Shown: positions 1-9,286 of the stretch, in pieces
Layout of the letters: every line of letters starts with the position of its first letter
Numbering within the stretch: the stretch's first letter is position 1
Virus record (IMG/VR): IMGVR_UViG_2834368228_000004
Span: 64,001-128,000 of that record
Direction: 5' to 3' (one strand)
Source of the DNA: a virus
Lineage: Duplodnaviria; Caudoviricetes
Length of the DNA: 64,000 nt
The notes under the pieces: model-generated
Database searches by the model: none
Seen by the model: the letters and a program-made list of their open reading frames with translations, nothing else
What the model was told of the DNA's origin: nothing
Made by a program: the position numbers and the translations under genes

Positions 1-337
1 TCACAAATAAAGCAAACACTAAATTTGGAACAGGTACTTGTTCAAAAGAATGATTATGATATCTAATATCCACATTCACTTCTGGATGGTTTAAGAAAAC
101 AATATCAGTTTCATCGCTAAGTTTTGAATATTTTACAGTATTCATAGGAAGAGATGGAGATACAACTACAGGAGTTGGCTTCTCAATAACTTCTATATCA
201 TCATCAGCCTTCATAGATTCAATAAGTTGCTGAACAAGATCTTGAACATTCATATAAATTTCATGCTTCGCACCTGCCTTTTCAATTATAACTTGAGCTG
301 GCTTAAACTCATTTAGTATGATGGTTGCTTTGTTCAA
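1..337 (-). CDS. Prokaryotic E2 family D / PRTRC protein B-like (3' truncated by window edge)
   Basis: Not in ORF track. TTG at 337 after RBS GAAGGAGGGGAG; open to base 1: MNKATIILNEFKPAQVIIEK...SPSLPMNTVKY...HPEVNVDIRY...FEQVPVPNLVF; same operon as ThiF gene. Confidence 0.6.
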   Translation of the reverse strand, partial: MNKATIILNEFKPAQVIIEKAGAKHEIYMNVQDLVQQLIESMKADDDIEVIEKPTPVVVSPSLPMNTVKYSKLSDETDIVFLNHPEVNVDIRYHNHSFEQVPVPNLVFALFV

Positions 338-773
338 CTATACTCCCCTCCTTCAAATAAAACTCTTTAAGAAAATTTTGAGTATTAGATAGTAATGGAA
401 AGAATGACATAGAATCTTCCAATAGGATTTCAATCCCATTACTTGTATATTTTGCTTCTCCTGTCATTGAAAAGTCAAAGGAAGAATGGATAGCATCTCT
501 TAAATCCTCTAAAAATCCTTTTTGATCCTTTATACAATCTGATATAACAAAATTAAGAATGAATCCAATATCTATAACATCCTCCAATTCGTTAAACTCA
601 ATAATAGGATATCTTGTTATTATTTGATCTAGATAAAGTTTAAATGCATGATATGGTGAAGTACTATTGTAATTAAAGTATTCAATTGCATAATTATTTA
701 CATGCATCATCTTACTCATTTGAATGACTTGAACTCTTTCTAACATATCTAACCTAAACTCTTCTGATATCAT
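309..773 (-). CDS. Hypothetical protein in ThiF/E2 (PRTRC-like) operon
   Basis: 154 aa ORF overlapping both neighbours. Confidence 0.6.
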   Translation of the reverse strand: MISEEFRLDMLERVQVIQMSKMMHVNNYAIEYFNYNSTSPYHAFKLYLDQIITRYPIIEFNELEDVIDIGFILNFVISDCIKDQKGFLEDLRDAIHSSFDFSMTGEAKYTSNGIEILLEDSMSFFPLLSNTQNFLKEFYLKEGSIVEQSNHHTK

Positions 774-1099
774 ATGAATGCAACACTCCTTTGGATTCCC
801 TTCATCCTTGACAGTTCATTAATACATGTAATTATTTTTTCTTGTTGAAGAATTTCATGGTCATAATCTTCAGGCTCTAAAGTCATCTCCATTGAAGGCC
901 AATAAGTTATAAAGTCAAAATACCACTCTAAATCTTCTTCTGAAAAATTAGACAAGAAATCCTCTGTTATCATCGAATTTCTAGAAATAATATCATCCAT
1001 TGTTAATAACCGATCATAGATATGAACTCTTTCACTATCTAAGGAAGTTGTATTACATATTTTCTTACCAAAAGCAGATAAATTAAATTCTTGTTTCAT
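770..1099 (-). CDS. Hypothetical protein in ThiF/E2 operon
   Basis: 109 aa ORF, ATGA overlaps with neighbours. Confidence 0.6.
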   Translation of the reverse strand: MKQEFNLSAFGKKICNTTSLDSERVHIYDRLLTMDDIISRNSMITEDFLSNFSEEDLEWYFDFITYWPSMEMTLEPEDYDHEILQQEKIITCINELSRMKGIQRSVAFI

Positions 1100-1899
1100 G
1101 AAACCATGTCCTTTGTTAAATAAGTTGGTGAAACAATATTATTACGAGCATTAAAATTTGTGTAATGCGATACAATTTCATGGTCTGCAAGAATAGTATT
1201 TAAATAACCATTCATAATAAGAGCAGCCATCTCATTTGTTTGCATACGCTGAGGGTAATTAACTACTTGTTGACCGCAAGCTTCCATTGGAAGACGAGAA
1301 TCTTTGTCAGTCAAAATGTTCTCATATACACCTCCGACAGGAGCAAGAATGGTTTTAGAACTCCTTCGATAGCCGCAGACTACTTGACCTGAATACCCAC
1401 TTTCTTTGGATGCTTCTGGATCTACAGAGTCAATACCACTATCTAAATAAATTATCGTATTAGATGATTCGAAATACTTATGCATAATCTGCCTACTTGC
1501 ATTATTATCGACACAACCGATTAAAATTTGAATAGGAGAACCGAATGAATATTCAATATTAAAAAGTTCATGTAAGTTATCAGGTGAGTTAATATATTCA
1601 TCTTTATAAAAAATTGGAATCTGATATGCATTACTGTATCTCTCAGCTAATACTTTTGCTTTTGGCTGGTCTAAATCTTGGCTAATAAATGGCTGTCTTT
1701 GTAGATTTTTTGGCTCGACGATATCTCCATCAATAATTTTATAGGAGAACTCAAGGTTCTTATCCTTTTCTGAAAGAGCATATAGTAATTTAGATAAACG
1801 TTGAACCAAATAACCACCATTTCCACCAGCACCTACTTGAACAATATTGAAAAAATTTCGTGAGTAGTTAGAAGATAAGTCTATTGTTGGGTAATACAT
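1096..1899 (-). CDS. ThiF/E1-like adenylyltransferase (PRTRC ThiF type)
   Basis: VQVGAGGNGG Rossmann motif, DGDIVEPKNLQRQ, PKAKVLAERY, IGCVDNNASR, YLDSG, SGQVV. Confidence 0.85.
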   Translation of the reverse strand: MYYPTIDLSSNYSRNFFNIVQVGAGGNGGYLVQRLSKLLYALSEKDKNLEFSYKIIDGDIVEPKNLQRQPFISQDLDQPKAKVLAERYSNAYQIPIFYKDEYINSPDNLHELFNIEYSFGSPIQILIGCVDNNASRQIMHKYFESSNTIIYLDSGIDSVDPEASKESGYSGQVVCGYRRSSKTILAPVGGVYENILTDKDSRLPMEACGQQVVNYPQRMQTNEMAALIMNGYLNTILADHEIVSHYTNFNARNNIVSPTYLTKDMVS

Positions 1900-1919
1900 T
1901 TCAGGCTCCTTTCACAACA

Positions 1920-2084
1920 TTAAATAGTCATTTTATATTTACGATAATATTTATAGATATCATGATTTTCTTCAATTACTCTAAAATTATTTAATTTCAT
2001 TGAAGACTCATCTTCAATGCATTCTTTTTCATCATCGTAAGCCCGCTCAATAATTGTGTTTATCGAAAATGATATTTCTTTCAT
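1920..2084 (-). CDS. Small hypothetical protein (54 aa)
   Basis: ATG 2084 after AAGGAG; MKEISFSINTIIERAYDD...; below ORF-track cutoff. Confidence 0.5.
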   Translation of the reverse strand: MKEISFSINTIIERAYDDEKECIEDESSMKLNNFRVIEENHDIYKYYRKYKMTI

Positions 2085-2085
2085 T

Positions 2086-2406
2086 TCAAGATTCTCCTTC
2101 TAAAATATCATCTATTTGCAAATCTAATTCATGTATTGTGCCTTTAGAGATTCGTCCTCGATACTTATCATGGTCATATAAATCTTTTTGTAATTGTTTT
2201 AATCCTTTCAGATAACGACTATTCTTTAATAGTAAAGTTATATATTGATGATTTGTATAATTACGGCCTTCAGGAGCATGTGATTTAAATACTCCTTCTA
2301 GCTTATCTACTTGTTCTGATAGTTCATCTTTCTGCTGTAACACTTCCATGATTTCCATCACATTGTTTTGAATCTTTCTTGCCATTTCTTCTAAATGCTG
2401 ACTCAT
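2086..2406 (-). CDS. Phage hypothetical protein (coiled coil)
   Basis: 106 aa ORF, GGAGG RBS, coupled to upstream gene. Confidence 0.6.
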   Translation of the reverse strand: MSQHLEEMARKIQNNVMEIMEVLQQKDELSEQVDKLEGVFKSHAPEGRNYTNHQYITLLLKNSRYLKGLKQLQKDLYDHDKYRGRISKGTIHELDLQIDDILEGES

Positions 2407-2690
2407 TTCATAGCCTCCAATAATTTACTTGCTTTACGTCCACCATCAAGTTTGATAGATGATGGTAAAAAACCCTCCAGGTAGTTACGTCCATCAGCAT
2501 AAAACTGCAAGACTAAATTATAGAGCTGAATATCTTCAAGAGCTTGATTATGGTGTTCTGATAAAACTTCAAATCTTTCTTTCAACTTTATTTTTTCATC
2601 TACCTGTTTATATAGCCATACTAGTTCAAGTGAAGTAACTTCTGATAAATGTTTTTCTCTTATTCCTGTCAATACTTCCTCCTCAGTCAT
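2403..2690 (-). CDS. Phage hypothetical protein
   Basis: 95 aa ORF with GGAGGGG RBS. Confidence 0.6.
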   Translation of the reverse strand: MTEEEVLTGIREKHLSEVTSLELVWLYKQVDEKIKLKERFEVLSEHHNQALEDIQLYNLVLQFYADGRNYLEGFLPSSIKLDGGRKASKLLEAMK

Positions 2691-3024
2691 TTAACCCCTC
2701 CAATGCTAAGTTAATTTGTTTAATAAGTGCCCAATGCTGTATGCTGTATCCATCTTTTTTATGTTCAATTGCTTCTTTTCGTATGTTTTCCAAGGCCCGC
2801 TTGTAGTTCTGATTTTCATCCCGCAAATCATTAATCATGTCGGCTAATTTTCCCATCTTTGTTAAATCTTTTAGCCTTAAATTCTCTAACTCTTTCACAC
2901 GTTCTGCTTGTTGAATTACATATTCTGCCTTTTCGATATCGGAATCTTCCATACCCCACTCTTCTCTAATAGCATCTATCATACTTAAGACTACAAGTTT
3001 TGCTTCTTCCAAGTGTTCACTCAT
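2683..3024 (-). CDS. Phage hypothetical protein (coiled coil)
   Basis: 113 aa ORF with AAAGGAG RBS. Confidence 0.6.
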   Translation of the reverse strand: MSEHLEEAKLVVLSMIDAIREEWGMEDSDIEKAEYVIQQAERVKELENLRLKDLTKMGKLADMINDLRDENQNYKRALENIRKEAIEHKKDGYSIQHWALIKQINLALEGLND

Positions 3025-3057
3025 TCTAATTCTCCTTTCAAGAGGTTGATTAGTTAG

Positions 3058-4914
3058 TCAACCTCTATTTTTAGCTTTCTCTTTTCGCTTTAGCATTTTA
3101 TTTAATGCTAATTTAGTAAAGTCTTGTGATGATGGCTTCATTCTTCCACCTTCCAATATAGACGATGCTAGTGAAGCTTTTCTTTCCAATGTTTGAATCA
3201 AATCCTCTTCATATGTTTCTCCCATCACATAATACATAATTGTGATATTCGGATTCGGATTCCCTGTACGGTCAATTCGCCCATTACGTTGTTCAATCAT
3301 TGTTGGATCCCAAGGCATATCAATATGAATTAAGTATGCTGCCACCTGCAAGTTCAAACCAGTAGAAGCAGAATCAGTACCAACAAAGACTTTACAATAT
3401 GGATTATTAACAAATTGCTCTTTAGCATATTCCTTATCCCGCTCAGATATTTCACCTGAATACATGACGCTATTAGGAATCTGATTATAAATAAGACGAA
3501 CCATTCTTTCGAATCTAGAAAAGATAACAACTTTAGCATTTGGCTCATCATGTTCCAGTTGCTTAAAGAAATCAATTAATTGTTCTAATTTTGGAGACTT
3601 TTTCATCTCATTATCAGTTAGGCTCAATTCACTTATCATATTATGAGCTAACGATGATTCCGACATTTTAAATAGCTCTGGGGAATCTGTATTAGTTAAT
3701 AAGAAACTCGTATAACCTTGTATCAGACCATCATAATACTCTTGCAATTGTTCACCATACATAAGCTGTCCATTAATAACTTTCCCATTAGGTGGTGAGC
3801 TACGAGACTGATCTTTTATTTCTTCAATCTTATCCAATAAGTAGGATTCTATTTTCTCCTGTGTAGCGGTAGTCTCCAGGAAGATATGGTCATGTTTCAC
3901 TTTTGGCAGCTGTTGTTGAATTTCTGGCATCTCTTTAGTTCTTCGAATAAAGTGAGGAGCAATACGATAGTATAATTCTCCTTCATTTTGATAGCCGTTT
4001 ATTCCAAAGCGTGGATGATATTTACAGTATCTTTCTCTAAAATACTCCCATGGACCTAATATGTCTTCATTTATGAAATGGTATAAGCTCCAAATTTCCT
4101 CTGCTTTTGATTGTATTGGTGTAGCCGTAGCAATTATCCTATATGGAATATTAGTTAACTTATAAGCTCCTTCAGCATTTTGTGATGGGTTAAGATTCAA
4201 CATTTTATCGGTTACACCAGTTTTTATTTTTTGAGCTTCATCTAAAGCAACAATATCAAAATTCATAGAATGAATTAGCTTTAAATACTTTTGATTACGT
4301 AGCATTTCATAATTGATAATTAAAAAGCGACAACTTTTATCCTTCTTAAATTGCTTCATTTGCTTTTCTCGCTGTGAAGGTATTCCGTAAACAGGTATAG
4401 CTGACTCACCCATAAACTTAGTGACCTCTTTAGCCCATTGTCGCTTAATGCTACTTAGTGTAACGATTAGTGCTTGTTTAGCTTTACCTTGATTAAATAA
4501 TATTTGACAAGATCCAAGGACTTGATTCGTTTTACCTAACCCTACGCCATCAAATATAGCAGCATTTCCTCGATCTGCTAAGAAGTGAGCACCCACTTTT
4601 TGATACCCATACGGCTGTAAAAGCCAATTTTTAAAATCATGCTCATCTTTCCACTTTAGATGCTTTGTTACTAACTCTTGTTTAACAGGTAAATCTTTTA
4701 CTATTTCTTCTAACGGCTGCATCCAAACAATTTGATTACCAAATTCATGAAGTAGGTCTTCAATTGTCTCTTGAGGAAACATCCACTCACCAGTACTTGC
4801 CTTAAATGATCTTTGTCTAATATTACGTATTTTTTCTAATGTATATTCAAATGTTTCCATATTATCAAGAATACGGACATATATGTTCCCATATTGTTTT
4901 CGAACTTGAATCAA
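3058..4914 (-). CDS. SNF2-family (SF2) helicase/ATPase
   Basis: DGVGLGKT, IINYE, LDEAQKIK, TATPIQ, RRTK, STGLNLQ, WDP..IEQRNGRIDR; start moved to TTG 4914 behind GGAGGTG. Confidence 0.92.
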   Translation of the reverse strand: MIQVRKQYGNIYVRILDNMETFEYTLEKIRNIRQRSFKASTGEWMFPQETIEDLLHEFGNQIVWMQPLEEIVKDLPVKQELVTKHLKWKDEHDFKNWLLQPYGYQKVGAHFLADRGNAAIFDGVGLGKTNQVLGSCQILFNQGKAKQALIVTLSSIKRQWAKEVTKFMGESAIPVYGIPSQREKQMKQFKKDKSCRFLIINYEMLRNQKYLKLIHSMNFDIVALDEAQKIKTGVTDKMLNLNPSQNAEGAYKLTNIPYRIIATATPIQSKAEEIWSLYHFINEDILGPWEYFRERYCKYHPRFGINGYQNEGELYYRIAPHFIRRTKEMPEIQQQLPKVKHDHIFLETTATQEKIESYLLDKIEEIKDQSRSSPPNGKVINGQLMYGEQLQEYYDGLIQGYTSFLLTNTDSPELFKMSESSLAHNMISELSLTDNEMKKSPKLEQLIDFFKQLEHDEPNAKVVIFSRFERMVRLIYNQIPNSVMYSGEISERDKEYAKEQFVNNPYCKVFVGTDSASTGLNLQVAAYLIHIDMPWDPTMIEQRNGRIDRTGNPNPNITIMYYVMGETYEEDLIQTLERKASLASSILEGGRMKPSSQDFTKLALNKMLKRKEKAKNRG

Positions 4915-4944
4915 AAAAGATTCACCTCCAAACATAACTAAAAC

Positions 4945-4975
4945 TATTATAACAGAACTTTTGAGAAAGCAAATA
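4945..4975 (-). promoter_or_regulatory. Sigma-A-type extended -10 promoter for the helicase operon
   Basis: Minus strand TTGCTT...CTGTTATAAT (TGnTATAAT) upstream of the RBS. Confidence 0.55.
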
Positions 4976-5063
4976 AAAATAGGAGATATTTAGAGGAAAA
5001 AGTTTATTAGAGGCTATATAATGCGCTACAATCATCATGTAACGCATTATATAGTTTATTATC

Positions 5064-5969
5064 CTAAAATACATTACCTGTTGGGACCATATTTTGTGTA
5101 AAAGCATTAGGAGCTGTATTTGATTGTACATTATTAAATGCATTAACAGGCTGCTGCATATTAAAAGGAGAATTGGAAGGTATTTGATTATTCCAATTCG
5201 AGCCTGATTCATTTGACGTAAACAATTCATTAGATTTCTCAAGGACAATCTCAATGATTGCTTTTTCATATACAGATGCAAGTAATTGACGCTCATTTGA
5301 TGTCTCTTGAAGATATACAATATCCGTTGTCACTTCATCAATTTGAACAAGTCCCTGCTGATTAACTTGACCAGCGGCTTTAATTGTAGAGATGCCATCA
5401 TTTTTATAGATTGGAACATAACGTTTTTTCTTAGGTAACATTTGAGCGTTATATCGATCAACAAATACATCTGCTTGTTGGTTATAAGCAGAATCATAAC
5501 CTACAAGATAAGGTTGATTTGTCTCATTTGAAATTGTAATAAAGAAATTAATTGATAATAAATGAAGAGGTGAAGCATCATCTGTTATCGTTAACTTAAT
5601 GTTTACTCCATTCTTCCTCTCTAAAGCAGTAAACCACAACTTTTCATTAGGCTGATAAGTAGCAAAGTTTGTATCATATCGCTGTTCAACATTAACTCCT
5701 TGTTTAAATTGTGAGTATACCTGTTGCACCAGTGTATATAGATTATTAAATTGAGGAATACGAACTTCTGAGAAGTGACCAAAGTAATCCATTGCTCTAC
5801 CATTAAATTTAGATTTATCAATTTTATAAAGAAGCTCCCATCCAGAAGTAATACTAGTTGAGTTATCTCTAACAACTACTGGATACTTCCCATATTGAGG
5901 TGTATTGTGAACTTCTACATTTATATTTTTAGATACCATTTCTTTAATTTGATTTAAAATAGCTGACAT
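5064..5969 (-). CDS. Hypothetical protein with N/Q-rich C-terminal tail
   Basis: About 300 aa; likely ATG 5969 after GGAG. Confidence 0.65.
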   Translation of the reverse strand: MSAILNQIKEMVSKNINVEVHNTPQYGKYPVVVRDNSTSITSGWELLYKIDKSKFNGRAMDYFGHFSEVRIPQFNNLYTLVQQVYSQFKQGVNVEQRYDTNFATYQPNEKLWFTALERKNGVNIKLTITDDASPLHLLSINFFITISNETNQPYLVGYDSAYNQQADVFVDRYNAQMLPKKKRYVPIYKNDGISTIKAAGQVNQQGLVQIDEVTTDIVYLQETSNERQLLASVYEKAIIEIVLEKSNELFTSNESGSNWNNQIPSNSPFNMQQPVNAFNNVQSNTAPNAFTQNMVPTGNVF

Positions 5970-6043
5970 GTATATCATCTCCAATTATTTGTTTTTTATT
6001 ATGTTGATTCTTCTATTGATTGTAATGCGTTACTTATACAAGT

Positions 6044-6706
6044 TTAAAAGTATCCTTTTTCTCTAAAGGAAGCATACTTTTCACCAGCAATTACAATGTG
6101 ATCTATAAGCTCTATACCTACAACTTCCCCTGCCTTTTGCATTCTTTGTGTTGATTTAATGTCTTCAGGTGAAATTGTTGGACTCTGGCTTGGATGATTA
6201 TGTCCAATAATTATACTAGCTGATGACATTCTTAAAGCTTCTTTATACACCTCTCTGGGATGAACAAGACATGCATTTAAAGAACCCTTGAAGATTGTTT
6301 TCTCACCAATGACTTTATGTTTAGTATCTAGAAATAAAACAACAAAATGTTCTTGTTTATAATGTTTAATATAATGAAAGTAATCTACAGCATCTGGAAT
6401 ATTTAAAATAAATTGATTTGATTGCTTTTCACGTTTAACTAGTCGCTTTCCTAATTCAATAGATGAAAGAATCCTAGATGCAAGTGCTTCCCCCACTCCA
6501 TTGATAGAAATCAAGTCATGATAAGATAATTCCAACATACCAATTTTTTCATCTAACTGAATCAATGTAGATACGATATCATCTGTCATAGATTTTTTAG
6601 GAAGCTGGCCAATTATCAAAGTAAGTAGCTCCCTATTCGTTAAATGTTCAAATTCATAACCTTTACTCATATAGTGTGCTTTTGCTTCTTTCACAAATAT
6701 TGACAT
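6044..6706 (-). CDS. radC: RadC family JAB-domain protein
   Basis: LTNRELL, GVGEALA..ELGKR HhH, QEHFVVLFLDTK, GSLNACLVHPREV, HNHPS, SPED, LIDHIVI. Confidence 0.92.
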   Translation of the reverse strand: MSIFVKEAKAHYMSKGYEFEHLTNRELLTLIIGQLPKKSMTDDIVSTLIQLDEKIGMLELSYHDLISINGVGEALASRILSSIELGKRLVKREKQSNQFILNIPDAVDYFHYIKHYKQEHFVVLFLDTKHKVIGEKTIFKGSLNACLVHPREVYKEALRMSSASIIIGHNHPSQSPTISPEDIKSTQRMQKAGEVVGIELIDHIVIAGEKYASFREKGYF

Positions 6707-6724
6707 GTAATCACTTCCTTGGAT

Positions 6725-7159
6725 TTAATAGATAGTATCTTTATCAATGATTTCTCCAACACGATTCTTCTCAATATAGTAAATACGATTTCTTTGTAAT
6801 GCATTAGGTTTACTCATTATGCTTCCTAAATATCTATCTGCTTCCTTAGAGCAGTCAAATCCTTCAAATGTTTTCTTACCTTCATTTTCTGATAGAATTT
6901 CAATCGTATGAACGATAGTTGAACCAAACTTTTCTTTTTCTGTATAGGCTAAATCGAAAGCATTATCTAAATCCCAACGCTTTCTCCAACCGCCAAATTC
7001 AACATGAAAACCTGGGAACTCACGATTTGAATTGTCAAGAGTATCAATCATTTTGATAGCTTCATCATAGCTTAAATCACCAAGATCTAATTGAACAGTT
7101 GTTTTACATTTTGAACATACTGTAGTAGCCATACGCACTTTATTTTCAACTTGAGACAT
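6725..7159 (-). CDS. Hypothetical protein with CxxC motif
   Basis: 144 aa ORF, AGGAGGAG RBS. Confidence 0.65.
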   Translation of the reverse strand: MSQVENKVRMATTVCSKCKTTVQLDLGDLSYDEAIKMIDTLDNSNREFPGFHVEFGGWRKRWDLDNAFDLAYTEKEKFGSTIVHTIEILSENEGKKTFEGFDCSKEADRYLGSIMSKPNALQRNRIYYIEKNRVGEIIDKDTIY

Positions 7160-7276
7160 ATTATCTCCTCCTAAATTTATTTCTAATTATATCTTCTAAA
7201 GCATGTAAAATTAACAAGAAAGGGAGAAATATCAATTCTCCACTTAGACAAATCAAAATAAATAAAAATCCATATA

Positions 7277-7513
7277 TCATACAATCATATTTGATAATAC
7301 ATCTAGTCTTCCCTCAATTGAATCAAGTTCTGACTCAATTAATAATATTTGTGACATGAGAAGTGTAGCTGCTTGATGATTATGATTAGATAAAGCAAGT
7401 TCAACGTCCTCATCAAGTTTTTCTATCAATTCAAGTAAATAGTTTTTGTTGGTTTTTAATCCATTGTTTTCTAATTTTGAAGCTAAATGTTGGTGTGATT
7501 TAATTTTTATCAT
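7277..7513 (-). CDS. Hypothetical helical protein
   Basis: 78 aa ORF, GGAAGGTG RBS. Confidence 0.6.
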   Translation of the reverse strand: MIKIKSHQHLASKLENNGLKTNKNYLLELIEKLDEDVELALSNHNHQAATLLMSQILLIESELDSIEGRLDVLSNMIV

Positions 7514-7661
7514 ATAAACACCTTCCTATATTTAAATTTAATTATTGAATTAAAAAAGAACTACTTTTAGTAGCTCTGTAAGAAGAAATCATTACTATAA
7601 AAAAAAGGAGTTGCGAGCTCCATTGTAGGCTCATGTAATTAAGCCTACTAGCAGACCGTAA

Positions 7662-7778
7662 CTACATCGATAATATTGGATACATAATTATACCTATTAT
7701 GATACCTGTTCCAATTAATCCCAATGTAATATCTAAAAGAGATAAATCATTCCAAGGATGCTTATTGTTTTCACTCAT
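7662..7778 (-). CDS. Small single-pass membrane peptide (38 aa)
   Basis: ATG 7778 after GAGGTG; MSENNKHPWNDLSLLDITLGLIGTGIIIGIIMYPILSM; followed by hairpins and a T-run. Confidence 0.5.
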   Translation of the reverse strand: MSENNKHPWNDLSLLDITLGLIGTGIIIGIIMYPILSM

Positions 7779-7790
7779 ACTGTTACACCT

Positions 7791-8129
7791 CTAATGTGAT
7801 TTCTTTACCAGTGGTATTAAATAAGTTTCTCCTGCATAAACAACACTGCTAGATAAATTATTTTCATCTATTGTAATTTGAGCCAAGTCTAAAACATTAT
7901 AAGGACCATTATAATCTTTATTTACTTTAGAAATAGCGGTTACAATAGTGTCCCCCTCTTTCATCTGATAAGAAATAAAGTCTACATCATAGTCACTTGG
8001 CATAGCTTGTCTAATTGCAATGAAAATTAAAATGACAACAATGAATGCTATTAAATAAATTTGAACATCAGTAGTCCAATAATCAGCTAAACGTTTTCTT
8101 CGCCTTTTTAACGCACCTGAAGCTTCCAT
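7791..8129 (-). CDS. Membrane-anchored LysM protein (YneA-like architecture)
   Basis: Basic N-terminus, one TM helix, then YQMKEGDTIVTAI...NNLSSSVVYAGETYLIP LysM pattern. Confidence 0.7.
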   Translation of the reverse strand: MEASGALKRRRKRLADYWTTDVQIYLIAFIVVILIFIAIRQAMPSDYDVDFISYQMKEGDTIVTAISKVNKDYNGPYNVLDLAQITIDENNLSSSVVYAGETYLIPLVKKSH

Positions 8130-8148
8130 TAATATTCCTCCTATTTAG

Positions 8149-8646
8149 CTATGATATAGCTACTTCATATAATTCCTTTTTGGCTTTCATGACATACTCA
8201 CTAGACTTATGAATCGTATACAATTGATTCTCTTGATTCGGGTATGGCTTTTCATAATGCACTTTATAACTAATTGTTTTCTCTTGAAGTAATTGAAATA
8301 CTTCTTGCCATAGATCTGCATGCTTTAAAAAACCACCATCCTTTCTCCTCCACTCTTTTTTCTCCCAGATAAACATGTTTTTATTTAATCCAGCAGATAC
8401 ATTTGGAATGTTTGTGTGAATATGAATGATAGAGCGATTTTTAATATTACGTAGGCCCTCAACGATAGCTTTAAGAGTCATACGAGTAACAGTTGTGTCT
8501 ATTGCATAGCCACCTATGTTCTTTTTATATGGAGTTCCACTTATGACAGAGTAAAGCATAGTTGCATATCCACCATTACCATCTTTATCAGCAGTTCCTG
8601 TCACATACATATCAATGCGTAGTTGATCAAATTCTTTCTTGCTCAT
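8149..8646 (-). CDS. RNase HI-fold protein, catalytic acidic residues absent
   Basis: Aligns by eye to RNase HI (GGY, TTxxRMxL, WxxKxWxxxDG, ADLWQ) but D10/E48/D70/D134 equivalents are non-acidic. Confidence 0.8.
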   Translation of the reverse strand: MSKKEFDQLRIDMYVTGTADKDGNGGYATMLYSVISGTPYKKNIGGYAIDTTVTRMTLKAIVEGLRNIKNRSIIHIHTNIPNVSAGLNKNMFIWEKKEWRRKDGGFLKHADLWQEVFQLLQEKTISYKVHYEKPYPNQENQLYTIHKSSEYVMKAKKELYEVAIS

Positions 8647-8870
8647 ACAGCAGTCCCCTCTCTTGTAGTCTTTCGTACATAATGATTAAAATAATGTTCT
8701 AAAATTGGTTTTAAGATAATCGGATTATTAACTATAGATATGAATTTCTTTCTGGTAGTCTGTAAATCTCCCTTATAAATGTAAAAAGAATAAGACTTAT
8801 AACGAATCAGTATTGCAAATTGGTTTCTATGTGATTTGATATGATAATTAACTTTTGATAAATCGATCAT
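8643..8870 (-). CDS. Hypothetical basic protein
   Basis: 75 aa ORF with AAGGAGG RBS. Confidence 0.6.
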   Translation of the reverse strand: MIDLSKVNYHIKSHRNQFAILIRYKSYSFYIYKGDLQTTRKKFISIVNNPIILKPILEHYFNHYVRKTTREGTAV

Positions 8871-8957
8871 TATTGGTTCCTCCTTCTTTCCTCTAACTGC
8901 CGATAGGCAAAAATTATCTACTTATATAGCCTATAAGCTATGTAAAATGATATATTT

Positions 8958-9240
8958 CGAGTTATTCAATAGCTAAACAATAGAGTATATCAAAGTTCGC
9001 TTTATGAACTATCATATATATCGAGTTCCATCATAGCTTATGAGATATGAAATCTTACATATAGCGAGTGTTCTCATAGTTGGTGTATTGTTTTAGACAT
9101 TGACACATGACATAAGTCGAGTTCACTCATAGGAATTGATATGTGACTTATGAGATGAAACGAGTTAATAAATAGCTTAGTATGTACGACCATTTACACA
9201 GCTGCTTACGAGCTATTAAGGAGAGCGAGCTTTTCATATG
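8958..9240 (+). repeat. Six phased direct repeats CGAGT-N6-ATAG (centromere/iteron-like)
   Basis: Copies start at 8958, 9022, 9065, 9118, 9161, 9226 (last degenerate); gaps 64, 43, 53, 43, 65 bp. Confidence 0.75.
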
Positions 9241-9286
9241 GCTTTAAATATGGTTTAATATAGCTATATGAAAGGATGTGAGGGTC

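Noticed and set aside
6044-6706. RadC as the JAB peptidase of the ThiF/E2 module
   Set aside because: It is a canonical full-length RadC about 4 kb away behind separate promoters; the PRTRC JAB is a different subfamily and may lie outside the window
8958-9240. CRISPR array
   Set aside because: Repeats are short, degenerate and irregularly spaced, and no cas genes are present
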